A model generated the notes under the pieces. It was not told the origin of the DNA. It did no database searches and saw nothing but the letters and a program-made list of their open reading frames with translations. The position numbers and the translations under genes are program-made. Positions 11,617-23,841 of a stretch of 64,000 nucleotides of DNA are shown piece after piece. The stretch covers positions 868,001 to 932,000 of the forward strand of contig AP026137.1 in NCBI GenBank assembly GCA_030295235.1, read 5' to 3'. Position 1 is the first letter of the stretch; each line of letters begins with the position of its first letter. This stretch comes from Fistulifera solaris. Its lineage: Eukaryota.

Positions 11617-12713
11617 TTACTTCCCGACGATTGGTAGAACTTCGCCGTTCTCTGCAAAACTTTCGAGCATCTCATAAGCTCCAGGTACGCGGAAAAGACA
11701 CTGGACACTGCAATTCAGTAAAAGATTAATTGGAAACGGAATGTGCCGCGTCGATTCCACAAGTTCGTAATATTGCACGGTCGAATCCACTAGGTCCAAC
11801 ATTTTCTCACGTATACGAGGAGTGATTTCCCCAAGAAACGAGTTGAGTTGCTGCCGTTGACCAACGATATCATTACCGACAATCATCCCTCTCGGACTAT
11901 GGGTCGTATTTCTTGTATGCGTTTCGCATTTGTCTGCTGGAACACGTAATCGAGTTCTTTTGTAATCGCATTATCGATTGCAACGATACGCATTTTGATA
12001 ATAGCGAGTGCTACGTAGAATAGTCCCGTCGCCTTTTGCTCTGTCATTTTGGGACACTCCTTCGACATGTCGAGATAACGACAATTTCTCTCGACCGGAT
12101 ACAGCCAGTCGCCTTCACGCGATCGTTTGTGTCGTGAAAGAACTTCATTGAAGTCAAGATCGTCAAATTGGAGCCAGTATCGAGGCAAAGGCATCATCGT
12201 CTCGATTGAGATAGAGAAGAATAAATGGCACCCGGTGACGGGCCTCGGCACTACTCGTCCCGGTAGCATCTAACCGCGATATCTCCAGAAAATGAAATAG
12301 AGAAAGCTCCCAGACGTCTTTCACGTCCGAATCGTGAGCTGCTTCCCAATACGATTTCGCTAGCTCGCCACGAGCCTCTAAATAGTCATGACCGAACGTG
12401 TTAAATTCACCCACACGCGTCTCAAATGGATTTTCGTCTGGCACAACAGAGTCTCGAAGCACGTCAGTCACCACCGCGAGAACCTGCAGATCTGTCTCAA
12501 TCTGATCACAGATCATGCGATGATCATTTTAAAGTTCTTCTTCTGGCATTCCCTGCTGCAGTACCAGGCCACATTACAACGTGAGCACCGCTTCGATGCT
12601 GGGATAAAATCTTCATACATGTGCTGGTAGCGACAGCCAAAGCAGTAGGGTTTCTTTAACTGCATATCCTTTCCGTCGTAACAAGGCTTTTTGAGAAGGG
12701 TCAATCCGCACAT
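11617..12713 (-). CDS. MYND zinc-finger protein, cluster copy 2 (about 3 frameshifts; pseudogene or assembly errors)
   Basis: Four consecutive ORFs carry successive parts of the same family motifs. Confidence 0.75.
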
Positions 12714-13343
12714 GGGGCGGAATTTGATTAAGTAATTGTTGTAAGAAATCGTCCGAATTCATTGTAGCTTTGACGAAGATCGAGGAAAGTTACTTCGTGC
12801 AAATCCTCGCTGCAATTTGCCCAAATTCTCTTGAGTAACAGAGATAGTTATTAAGTTAGTTTTTACTAGTTTAGGGTCTCTAGGCTACGATAGTGAAATA
12901 ATGATAAACATATTATAGCGTCGCATCTATTTTTACTACTGTTGCAGCTTGCAGCGCAGTTTTGTGGCTGCAGGTTTAAAAAACTGGACTGATATATTTT
13001 TGATGATTCACTAGATGTTGCATTTACACTTTACTCCATAGTCAACTCAAAGCCGCACGAAGAGCAGACGAAATTGTTAGATTGTGGCTGGCGCCTTGGC
13101 TGGCGCCTATGTATGGCGGAAAAGTTGTAGGATCTAAAATTTCGCGGTGGATTAGACTATGTCTTCGTTTTTACCTGGTAATTATAATTATAACATTTTA
13201 CCTAGCAAAACTAGCATCGTTATCCTCATAAAGCGAGATTCCTTTCGGATGACAATTAGCAAAGGCGCTTTGTTAAAGCTACACCTGGTAAAAATTTAAA
13301 CAAGCAGAAACTACCTTTGATGACTGTTGATGAGCCAAAGCAG

Positions 13344-14483
13344 TTAACTGAAATGGGCATGACTGTCTAGATCTCCCCAAGTCTTGAGAATGCCGGCGGC
13401 TCCAGGAACTCGACAAAAAGCGCGAGCACTACTCCAGAGCGTTTCACCGGCCGGAAAACTCTGACTCATTGAAGCAAAGCAGTGCGTCAAATCATCCATT
13501 TCCAAAGATTGTTTGACTTCACAAACGTCCTTCAAGGATCGTAATGCTGTAAGCACAAACGGAGGAATTCTCTCAAGTAATGCAACAAGAATATCTCGCT
13601 GGTCATCAATATCAAGGTCACTGCGTGTCAGCATATCTTTTACCAGCGATCGAACCTCTACTATTCGCCTTGCAGTTGTTCTTTCAAAAACAAAGTCGAC
13701 TGCTCGTGACACCGCATCGTGCGCAGCAATAATGCGCATTTTTATGATAGCGAGCGCCAATAAAAACGGTTCTGGATTGTGGGCATAGTCCATGTCCGGG
13801 CAATCCTCGAAAATGTCACGATATCGGCAGTCGTTCTCAATCGGATAAATCCAATCACCTTCCCGCGAATGTTGATGTCGCTCAAAAAGTTCGAAAACGT
13901 CATGCTCGCTCAAGCGATATCGCGCATAGGAATAGGCGTCATCGTCTCGGTTGAGGTACAGAAGAATAAACGGAAGTCGAAAGCGAGCTTCGAAACTAAT
14001 CTTATAATCCAACCTCAGAACCTCCAAGCAATGAAAAAGTGACTTTTCCCAGACCTCCTTTATTTCGCAGTCATAGGCTGCCTCCCAATACGATCGTGCC
14101 AACTGGGTGCGTGTCATTACGTAGTAATCAGCGTCATCAATGTCATGGAAATCCCCGATACGCGTCTCGAATAAGTTTTGAGGTACCGTGTCTCCTTCAA
14201 GTGGATCAATATAGGCTCGAAGTGATATGGCTTCTTGCTCTACGGCTTCGATTCCGTGTGCGATATCTTTACAGACCACGCGATGAAGCTTGAAGTGTTT
14301 CTTTTGACAATCGGCACTGCAGTACCAAGCAACCATGCATCGGGAGCAGCGTTTCAGTTCCGAGAGGACTGTATGGCCGTGGAAATGCTTACAGGCAAAG
14401 CAGTACGGATCCTCTCTTAAATTCGTGTCCTTTCCGTCGTAGCAGAATGGAATTTGATCGCCGTCGCCGTCGGAAATATCCAT
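13344..14483 (-). CDS. MYND zinc-finger protein, cluster copy 3
   Basis: Likely start MDISDGDGDQ at 14483, chosen by comparison with paralogues; all family motifs intact. Confidence 0.88.
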   Translation of the reverse strand: MDISDGDGDQIPFCYDGKDTNLREDPYCFACKHFHGHTVLSELKRCSRCMVAWYCSADCQKKHFKLHRVVCKDIAHGIEAVEQEAISLRAYIDPLEGDTVPQNLFETRIGDFHDIDDADYYVMTRTQLARSYWEAAYDCEIKEVWEKSLFHCLEVLRLDYKISFEARFRLPFILLYLNRDDDAYSYARYRLSEHDVFELFERHQHSREGDWIYPIENDCRYRDIFEDCPDMDYAHNPEPFLLALAIIKMRIIAAHDAVSRAVDFVFERTTARRIVEVRSLVKDMLTRSDLDIDDQRDILVALLERIPPFVLTALRSLKDVCEVKQSLEMDDLTHCFASMSQSFPAGETLWSSARAFCRVPGAAGILKTWGDLDSHAHFS

Positions 14484-15240
14484 TATTGCCACGAATGCCA
14501 CAAGTGAAATCAAGAGTATATCAAAAAATTGTACGGAGTACGGAGTATTTGTGAATACTGCGGCTGTAGACAGCATCAAAGGATCGATCCTCATCGTGGC
14601 TTCAAAAGAAAAGTTCAAATAGCGACGATATCCGCGCTCGCGATGAATTCGTGACAGAAATCTAGTCTTGGTTGCGTTCCGTCTCGATAATGTCTGCGGC
14701 CTTACAGTCTCGCTAAGAATGCAGAAAACAATGATCTGCAATCGCATTGACATCAAAAGGTTTTGTTTATGAGCTTGCCACGGGCCCAGAAAATCTGGGA
14801 GAGTGGTGTATTGACGTACACGGAAAATCTGGGAGTGTGAAGATTTCACATGCCCAGAAAATGTGGGGATGTGGTGTTTTTACGTCCACAGAAATTGTGC
14901 AAAACTCGGCACTGGCTGTAATGCTATAGCGCGTACGATTGGAGCTCCGCCCTTGGCAGTTTGCGGGAGCGTTGTCAGCGACTGCACAATTGGCGCCTAA
15001 AAGCCAGTCGGCTCAAAGGAAGAGGAGACGATAGTGAAGGAGAAACCAGCGATGCTAGACTACCGCGTACATGATTGGATTGTAACCTGATGAACTTCAT
15101 AAACATTACCAATTGTAGCTGTTTCGATAGCTTCAATAAAAACTTTCTTTAACGTGCAGTAGTCGTCGAGGAGGTTCACTGGCCTGGGATACAAGCTCAT
15201 TGGATTATCCAATTTAGCAAGTAACTTGCTCCAGTAGAAT

Positions 15241-15579
15241 TTACCGCTGTCCCAAGCCCATCGCTTGTGCCATCTCAATCATTGCTCCCATATCCATACC
15301 GCCCATTCCCGGTATATCACCCGGCATGCCGCCACTCATCGATGCGTCCATGTCGGGCATTCCTCCGGCGTTTGTTCCTCCTTTGGCCATTTGCTGCATC
15401 ATGGCGGCTACTTTTTCCCGACCACCCATCTGCTGCAGCATCTTGAGATCCATCTGATTCAATCGCTGCTGAACGAAATTTGAATTCTTTTTGACCTTTG
15501 CTGCCAACTGCTGTTGACGGGCATCTTCATTCTTTCCTACCATCCCCGACTTGCCCATCTTGCTCACCATTCCTTTCAA
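15241..15579 (-). pseudogene. SRP54: Isolated C-terminal (M-domain tail) fragment of SRP54
   Basis: MVSKMGKSG...QRLNQMDLKMLQQMGG..AMMQQM Met-rich tail; no ATG-led NG GTPase domain upstream, where the MYND copy 4 3' end sits instead. Confidence 0.65.
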
Positions 15580-15613
15580 CTATTTATGAACGACAGTCCA
15601 TAGTTGCCGAGAT

Positions 15614-16724
15614 CTATCGACTTTCGAGTATGTAGCCCGCTCCAGGAACACGGCAAAAAGGCGAGTCCCATTCCAGAGTGTAACATTACCAGGAAATGCA
15701 TGGGACTCCGTTAATATTTCCATTTCTAGACAATTCTTTTCTTCACAAGTTTTCTTTGTGTCCCTTAGAATTGAATAGAAAACTGGGGGATTCCCTCCAG
15801 AAGTGCATCGCGAACAAGTTGTTGTTCGCCAAGATCTACAACATCAATACCTAAGAGCATGTGTTGCACAAGTGGCCTCACTTCTTGTATTCGACTCCCA
15901 CTTGTTTTGTTAAAGACGAGATCAAGTGCTCGCGACACCGCCACATGGGCTGCAACAATACGCATTTTGATAATTGCGAGAGCGAATATAAACGGAAAGT
16001 CGACATCTTCTGCATCGGAAAAATCCTCGAAAATGTTGCGATATCGGTAATTGACGTCGACGGGATATATCCAATCACCTTCACGAGATTGTTCATGAAG
16101 ATCATAGTACTCATCGTCGATTGAGTCGTCGGGACCGATGCAGTGTCGGATAAAGGCATAGGCGTCGTCGTCCCGGTTAAGGTATAATAGAATGAATGGA
16201 ACACGATAGGTCGTCTCAAAACCAACCAAATCATCTAACCTCAGAAGCTCCAAATAATGAAAAAGGGCCATTTCCCAAACCTCTTTTATCTCAGAATCGT
16301 AGGCTGCATGCCAATACGAGTCTGCGAGTTCATGGCGGGTCGTCAGATAGTCCGCGGCCTCTTCAATCAGACCGAAATCCCCAACACGTGTCTCAAATAT
16401 GTTTTCTGGCTCTCCTTCCTCGTCAAATGGATCAATATAGGTTCGAAGCGGTACGGCCTCTTCCTCTACATAACGAATTTCTTGTGCAATAACGGTACAG
16501 GACTCGCGATGGTGCTTGAAGTGCTTCTTTTGACAGTCAGCACTGCAGTACCAGGCGACTTTGCAACGTGAGCAACGTTTTAGATTCGAGAGGACGAATC
16601 GGCCGTGAAAAAGTTTACAGGCAAAGCAGTATGGATCCTCTCTTAAATTCGTATCCTTCCCGTCGTAGCAGAATGGAATTTGATCAAGACACATGCGCTC
16701 GTCGTCGCCGTAGAAGGAATTCAT
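15614..16724 (-). CDS. MYND zinc-finger protein, cluster copy 4 (frameshifted near the 3' end)
   Basis: DQIPFCYDGKDTNLREDPYCFAC identical to copy 3; the C-terminal CRVPGA motif is recovered across homopolymer shifts. Confidence 0.85.
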
Positions 16725-17599
16725 TGTTGTTGCGAATGCTAGTAAAGGGAATAAGAAAACAAATGCAGGAAAACTCCTCGAGCGAATGTATGAATACAAC
16801 TCCTGGGACGAGAAAATAATAGTTGCAAAATCTATGTTTAGAAGTGCAGTAGACTTTCAAATTATTTGCATTTGCCTCATTTCCAGATTTTCTGGCTACG
16901 CAAAGACACACATCGCAAAAGGATCGCGATACTGGAGCTCGTGACTGACATGTAGTCGTGGTTTGGCTAACGACAACTCTTTTCCGACGGATAAAATAGA
17001 ACCGCCGGGCGCTGGAAATTCTGGTTAAATTCCTTATAGGCTACTTAACGCCATCTTAGCTAACAAATGGGACGTACGACATAGGCTACGATATCGTGGC
17101 GAGTCATTCATGGGCGCATCGATTGCAGCTGAATGACGAACCTTTTTGGCGCTCCCAAAACATCGTATCCATTCTCCACTTACTTTACTGAGCGGTATTG
17201 TTCCAAACAGTTAGATCTCGACTTTTCAACACGCGATAATGTTGAGTAGAGTGTACTCCAGTTCTCTTTTCAAATATGTAGTTCCTTCGTCAATTTTTGG
17301 TTGTCGATCAACGCTAGTTATGTATTCCAGCCACTCATGTAAAACCTCAAAAATGAATCACAGGAAGAATGTGAATCATTAATCTTCGTCAGAATATTCG
17401 ACATCACTCTACCGCTTCGCAATCGGTAGGAAACGCCTGGTAAAATTTGCGTTTGTGTGCAATATCGCCGACACTAGTGATAGCAAGTCGAAGCATGTCA
17501 TAAGCTCGGCACGCGATGAAAGGAGCGAAGACTGCTTTCCAGTGCTAGTTTGAAACTTGAAATAGCATAAACCAAGTGAGAAGCATTCCTCATAAAAGG

Positions 17600-18070
17600 C
17601 TCTTTTCGCTTGTTTGGGCTCTTCATTTTCAATCATATCAAATACTGTCGGGACTGGTTCAGCAATGTCAACATTAGCATTTACAAGCATTTCTTGCACA
17701 AGTTCTCGAACTTTCGAGAAACGTTGGAAACTGGTGTGCTTGACGCGAAAGCTCTAGACCGCGAAACTGCATTTTGGGATGCAATGGTACGCATCTTGAT
17801 GAAAGCGAGAGCTACGAAGTAGGACAGAAGCAAATCCTCCGAGTTGATGTCTTCGTTAAAAATGTCCTGATAGCGACTGCTGCGTTCGATCGAGTAGGGC
17901 AGACTTCGACCATAATATCCGGCCTTCAGCCAGTATTGAACGAAAGCGTAAGCCATGTCAACTCGAACTAGGTAGAAGAATGAATGAAATCCAAGCACGA
18001 ACCGTAAAGTCATATCCGGCATCCACTTTCATAATCTTATAGCAATGAAAGAGTGCTTCTTCCCAAGTTT
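17600..18070 (-). pseudogene. Partial MYND-family paralogue remnant lacking the zinc finger
   Basis: AYAFVQYWLK..RYQDIF..VALAFIKMR..MQEML fragments broken by frameshifts. Confidence 0.65.
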
Positions 18071-18095
18071 GCTTGATCTCCCAGTAATAAGTTGT

Positions 18096-19208
18096 TTATC
18101 GTTTTGCCTTGGGTTTAGAGCCATCGGATTTGCGCTTCCGTTTGAGAGCTGCTTTGCAATCAGTATAGCTCTGGAGCATTGCTTGAGCCCCAGGAATACG
18201 ATAAACAGCACGGAGACTGCTCCGAAGTGTGGGTTTCAATCTTTCAGGACACCCATAAAGTTGTTCCAGCATATCATCAAGATCGAAAATGTCTATCGTT
18301 TCAGAAATGCGTTTGTTATGCAGCAAAGCTTCAATCATGGTTGGTTCCTCCTCGTCACCATGTATGGCTCTTTCATTGTGAATTCTATCGAAGATCTGAT
18401 GGAGTTGATTGCGTTGACTGGCAATATCGATCTTACCGCCCAGAAGCATCTCTCGCACAACGGGCTGCACTTCTGAAATGCGTTTCACACCAGTCTGCTC
18501 AAACGCGAAATCCATGGTTCGTAAAACGGCTTCGTGAGAATGCAATGACTCGCATCTTAATGATAGCGAGTGCTACTAGATACGGTAGATACATCTCTGG
18601 CTCTTTCGAGATGGTGCTCTGCTGGAACATATCAAGATAACGACAGTTAGGCTCGACCGAATAGGGACGGCTAATCTGGTTAGGTATTCCTTCCTTAAAC
18701 CAGTATCGAATATATGCGTAAGCCTCGTCATCTCGATTCAAGAACAGTAAAATGAATGGGACTCGCAGGCGAACACCGACATCAAATTCTGCATCGACGC
18801 TAACGAGTTTCAAGCTGTGAAGTAACGCCTCTTCCCATATTTCTTTTGCCTCACACTGGTAGGCTACATTCCAGTATTCTTCTGCCAAAGTGCACCGGGC
18901 ATCAAAATAATCGACTGCGTCATCATCGAACCTTTCGTTGTCAGTATTTTCGTAATAGCGTTCGATTTCTCGATAGTCCTCCGATAAAACTCCTGAATCT
19001 TGAAGTACACTGATTTTGGAGCTAGTTGTTCTCTAATTTTCGCAAAGAAAAAACATAGGTCGGGATGATCTCGGTCGTGCATTTCCTGGCATCGACTAGT
19101 ACAACACCAGATCGCCTGGCACTTGATACAACGTTGTCGAGTTTTGACGTCGGTAATTTTTGGCTCGTCATCAACCGCACAGCAATAAAATAGCGGTTCC
19201 TCAATCAA
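18096..19208 (-). CDS. Divergent MYND zinc-finger paralogue (frameshifted)
   Basis: RCIKCQAIWCCTSRCQEMH..H..C; PFILLFLNRDDEAYAYIRYW; ALAIIKMR; YRIPGA. Confidence 0.75.
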
Positions 19209-19770
19209 TCCAGGGTCTTTACCTTGGTAGAAAGGCGTGGTGAAAAAATCTTCGTCTTGGTAATAACGATATCCAAAGCATAGCCTTCGTCGCTCCTTCG
19301 TCTTGTGAGGAGGCTTCTTCGGGCGTCTCCTTCTCTTCTATTCCCGATTCCATTGTGGTTGTTGTAAGCGGTTGATGGCAATAATTCTCTCAGTATGAGT
19401 TCCAAATAATGAACAAAATACAACTGCATGTGTTTCGTCATCAATCGCAGCATCATAAAAGCCGCACGAAAATAAAGAAAGCACAAAAAATAAAGCATGA
19501 TTGAAATGTTTTCAGTCGGAAGAAAAGGTCACTGACACTTTACGCTATAGTAGCCGCTGGAGATTTCTCGGATTGGTTGGTTCACTGCGCACCGGTACTA
19601 ACAGGTAACAGGATTACTCGTCCGCCCGCAATAATAATAAGGTCTTACCGGTACGGAGTATTTCGCAACGCACGCGAGCAGCAAAAAAGTTCGAAGGTCT
19701 TTGCTTCAATAGCATTGCTTTTAAATCATTCGTTCTGGTAATTAATTCTCATTTTACAAAGCGAATTATT

Positions 19771-21429
19771 ATGAACGCGGAGAGAGATTCCGCAGCGAAA
19801 GCAGGGCGGCCTCGAAAGAATACAGCTACGCCCGGGCGGCAGCGAAGTAGGGCGGCGGAACGAGCCGCGCCGAACGAAGAGGCACCTCAGAACAATGCTG
19901 CCAGGGAACTAGAATCCATTCTGTTTCCTTTAGCTAACTCAGTAATGCCTACTTTGTTTCCGGAGCAAAATGAGGCTGCTCCGAATGAAGGAACCGATAA
20001 TAAGGAACATGTTCGTGATCAGCGATGGAAGACTCGTTACGAACAACTTGTGCAATTCAAAAGAGAACACAACCATTGCAATGTCACTAGCACCGACTCG
20101 AATAACGGGAGAGCCTTTAGCGACTGGATCCGCGATCAACGACGTCTGTGTCGACTCGGAAAACTAAAACCCGAGCGAAAGCAACAGTTGGATCAAATTG
20201 GATTTGTGTGGAGCAATCCGGTTTGGATGGAGAAATATCAGGAATTGTTAGAATTCAAAGAAAAGCACGGACACTGTAAAGTACCGACGAACTACAAAGA
20301 GAATCCGCGATTGGCGAGCTGGGTGCGGAATTTGCGCTGCGATCAGTTGCAAGGGAAAGTGCGGGCGGATCGAAAACAAATGTTGGATGAAATAGGCTTT
20401 GTTTGGCGTAAAACACCGGAAGATCGCGAGAAAGAAAAAGACACAAAAGCGGCTGCGAGAACTTATAAGACTCGTACCCGACTCGGAATTGAAAGAAGAG
20501 GAACTGGCGATCAAACGATCCATGATCGAGAAAGAGGAAGCCGAAAAGAAGAAACAAAAAGAAATTCGAGAACAGAAATTACAAGAGAGTGTCTTGCATC
20601 AAAAGTGGCTCGAGCGCTATCAAGAACTCAAGGCTTTTCATGAGAAGAATGGGCATTTTCATGTGACTCTGGCGAACGGAGGTCAACCCTTGGGGGATTG
20701 GATGCGCGATCAACGACGTCGTCACAAGAGGGGAAATTGCCCGCGATTCGCAAGCAATTGTTGGACGAAATTGGGTTTGTTTGGTCGTATTCTGTTTGGA
20801 TGGATCATTACAACCAGCTCGTTGAATTCAAGAATGCTCATGGACATTGTCGTCTTCCTCCTTCTCACGAGAATAAAGCGCTGAAAGTGTGGGTGAAGAA
20901 TCAACGACACGATGAAATAGCCGGGCGCTTATCCGATGAACGCAAAAAGTTACTAGACGACATTGGCTTTCTCTGGACACGCAAAATCTGTGACGCGGCG
21001 GACAACAAATGGATGGACCAATACAAAAAGTTGGCTGCGTACAAGGAAAAGTACAGTGATTGCAAAGTCACTCGCAACGGGGATCCAAAGCGTCGCAAAG
21101 ACGATATTTTGGCACAATGGGTGGTGAGTCAACGGAAGGCCAAACGCCGGAACCGGCTGCGCAGTGATCGCGAGAAGTTGTTGACCGACATTGGTTTCGA
21201 TTTCAGTGAAGGCAATCGCCCGGCCAGTAAACCGAACAGCACTGCGGGTCAGCCGAAAAGCACATCCGGTCGACCGAGAAGCACAATAGCCAGTCAACCG
21301 AAAGTGCAGCCATGGATGTTTCAGTACGGATATTGGCCGGGTCTCATCGGCAACAACGTGTCGCCGTACAATGCTATCATGACACAGGCGCGTCAGGTGG
21401 TCGACCCGTTGCGTAACAACAAAATATGA
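19771..21429 (+). CDS. Helicase-associated (HA) domain repeat protein, 5 repeats; frameshifted
   Basis: Five W..Y..L..FK..HGHC.V..L..W...QR..L...R...L..IGF.W units; N-terminal GRPRK AT-hook-like motif. Confidence 0.88.
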
Positions 21430-21462
21430 AGGGAAGGGAAGGGAAGGGAAGGGAAGGAAGGA
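21428..21462. repeat. (GAAGG)n microsatellite at the stop codon
   Basis: gaagggaagggaagggaagggaagggaaggaagg. Confidence 0.9.
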
Positions 21463-21651
21463 AATGCTGTTCTGTATTATCATTAGTCATTAGTAGATTG
21501 TCTTGAATATTACTTTTTTACGTTTATTTTCTGGGCATTCCGGACGGAAACATAAGACTGGCCAAACCGCTGGTCAAGGAACTAACCAGTGTTGACGAAA
21601 CATAAGCTACGGTCGCTGTCGATTCTGGCAATGCTGTTACTGTTGTATTTC

Positions 21652-22293
21652 TCAATCGATCCCAGTGAATGAGTTGTTGCCGCAAAAGTTCCACGTTTCG
21701 TCGTCTTCGAAACGAGTCATAGTATCGTTATTGGACACTAGATGCAATTCGGCGGCTACATAAATAGCCCCCAGACTGAATTGCTCCAGCGCATTCAAGG
21801 ATGCCGTATTATCATCCTCATGACACAACGAGCATACCGTCTCTACCATCGTCTGCAATTTCTCGGAGGTCGTGACCACATATTCGGGTCGGGCACCGAC
21901 CGCCATGGCTTCATGCCACCGATTCGCTTGTAGGAATTCTTGTTGCAATTTCAATCGCGTCGAAAACGCAAACTGCAGACGATCCGCGAGAGACAACTGG
22001 GACCATTCATCGGCATGATTGTTGACTCGCTCCAACAATATTTGTCGCAATTGATCATTCCAATCATCCATACAAAAGGCAATGAGATCATACGGCGCCT
22101 GCACGAGACCCGTGGCGGCCACGGAAAGACGGGCATTCGAAGCCACGGCGGCAGCCACCGCATCCTGCGTCCATCCATACGCCGGGACGTGGGGCAAGGC
22201 TGCGCGCAACAGTTGCACTTGCGGAGCCGACCAGGAGAAACAGCGACGGCTGTTTCGCGATAGTAAAGTGCGAAGAACGAAAGAGCGATGCAT
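21652..22293 (-). CDS. COQ9: Ubiquinone biosynthesis protein COQ9, mitochondrial
   Basis: Arg/Ser-rich presequence; LLRAALPHVPAYGWT; WHEAMA; LGAIYVAAELHL; ETWNF. Confidence 0.85.
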   Translation of the reverse strand: MHRSFVLRTLLSRNSRRCFSWSAPQVQLLRAALPHVPAYGWTQDAVAAAVASNARLSVAATGLVQAPYDLIAFCMDDWNDQLRQILLERVNNHADEWSQLSLADRLQFAFSTRLKLQQEFLQANRWHEAMAVGARPEYVVTTSEKLQTMVETVCSLCHEDDNTASLNALEQFSLGAIYVAAELHLVSNNDTMTRFEDDETWNFCGNNSFTGID

Positions 22294-22589
22294 GTTTGTA
22301 TGATTTATCTAGTGAAGGGATGAAGGGAAGGTGGACTGACAAAAAATACTCCGGAGTAATAAAAAAGCACCGCGATCGGACACGTGAAAACGTAAAACGT
22401 CTGAGCGGTATCTAGGTATTATACCACGAATGTGTCCCTTTATTATTTTTTTCGCCGACGGTATTGTCGCTGACGCCTGTGTATTCTATAGCAGAACGTT
22501 GATGACCCGATGCGGACAGAAGTCTCTTACGCAATCAACAATATCATCTTCGTAAAAATTGACTGCAAAAACAAACACATGAAAGGATG

Positions 22590-23475
22590 CAACGCTTCGA
22601 ATGTCTACGTAATCCCACGTAGCCCTCGTAGGGAAATTTATCGACAGAGGGAAACCCGGATATTGTGTTATTTCGAACAAACCATTTTTCGCCTCTTTCG
22701 GGCACCAATGTCAACAATACTTTGCGAGACATCGCTTATGCGTACCATAAAACAATAATTGACTCTGATTTGACTATGAAATATGAAATTGAAACAGTAT
22801 AAAAATACAATGCCTCCAATGTCTACAGGTATTTCACGTAGCCGCCGTATCGCCGTAGGAAATTTATCTCTGCAGGGGTACCCGGATATTCATCAATTCG
22901 CCATCATCTAATTTGTGGATCTACAGCAAACAGGGGATAATGTTTCCTTGCCCACCGTATTCGCATTGTATCATCAAGCAATAATTGTCTCCAATTTGAT
23001 AACAAAACGATGATAGAACAAATGATGCCACGGTTCGAATGTCTACGTAATCCCACGTAGCCCTCGTAGGGAAATTTATCGACAGAAAGGAAACCCGGAT
23101 ATTGTGTTATTTCGAACAAACCATTTTTCGCCTCTTTCGGGCACCAATGTCAACAATACTTTGCGAGACATCGCTAATGCGTGCCATGAAACAATAATTG
23201 ACTCTGATTTGACTATGAAATATGAAATTGAAACAGTAAAAAATACAATGCCTCCAATGTCTACAGGTATTTCACGTAGCCGCCGTATCGCCGTAGGAAA
23301 TTTATCTCTGCAGGGGTACCCGGATATTCATCAATTCGCCATCATCTAATTTGTGGATCAGGGGATAATGTTTCCATGCCCACCGTGTTTGCATTGTATC
23401 ATCAAGCAATAATTGTCTCCAATTTGATAGCAAAACGATGACAGGACGAATGATGCCACGGTTCGAATGTTTACC
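22590..23475 (+). repeat. Family A array: 4 cores (1-2-1-2), ~440-bp dimeric unit duplicated almost exactly
   Basis: Cores at ~22600, 22820, 23040 and 23260; the array breaks off at the start of a fifth core (GGTTCGAATGT, ~23460). Confidence 0.92.
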
Positions 23476-23841
23476 TCATGAACAAAAACTCGTACTACAC
23501 ATTTTATTTGGAAGCTCTGTCGTCGTAGATACGATCGGCCGTAACAGCTTGAATCCGCATACCTATGAAGAATATGAGGAAGTGTTTCATAGATTTGTTG
23601 GCGAAGGGTACGATCGGCTGAGATGTCGAGTTAAATGAACTTGAATGAACAATTCCATAGGAGTAAGTTCAAGTAGAAACCACAATTCATTCGGTCGATA
23701 TTTTAGAATCCGTGACTGAAGAGCAGTTGAGTCGGCAAAAGGTCGCCTACTATTTGCGTGACTGTAAACCTTTTGGTTGCAGAAAAGCATTGCATTTTAT
23801 TGTTACCAGGTACATCATTATTACTCCGGAGTAGGTAGATA

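Noticed and set aside
14484..14849. N-terminal extensions of the 501-aa MYND ORF, and likewise of the DUF2254 ORF (31470-31796)
   Set aside because: No counterpart in paralogues or family members, and they overlap promoter-like motifs; the downstream ATGs fit better.
22590..23475. Family A core as a hammerhead, HDV-like or twister ribozyme
   Set aside because: No CUGAnGA/GAAA core. TCCCACGT resembles an HDV L3 loop but lacks a flanking P3. Twister elements are not in the required order. A novel fold is not excluded.
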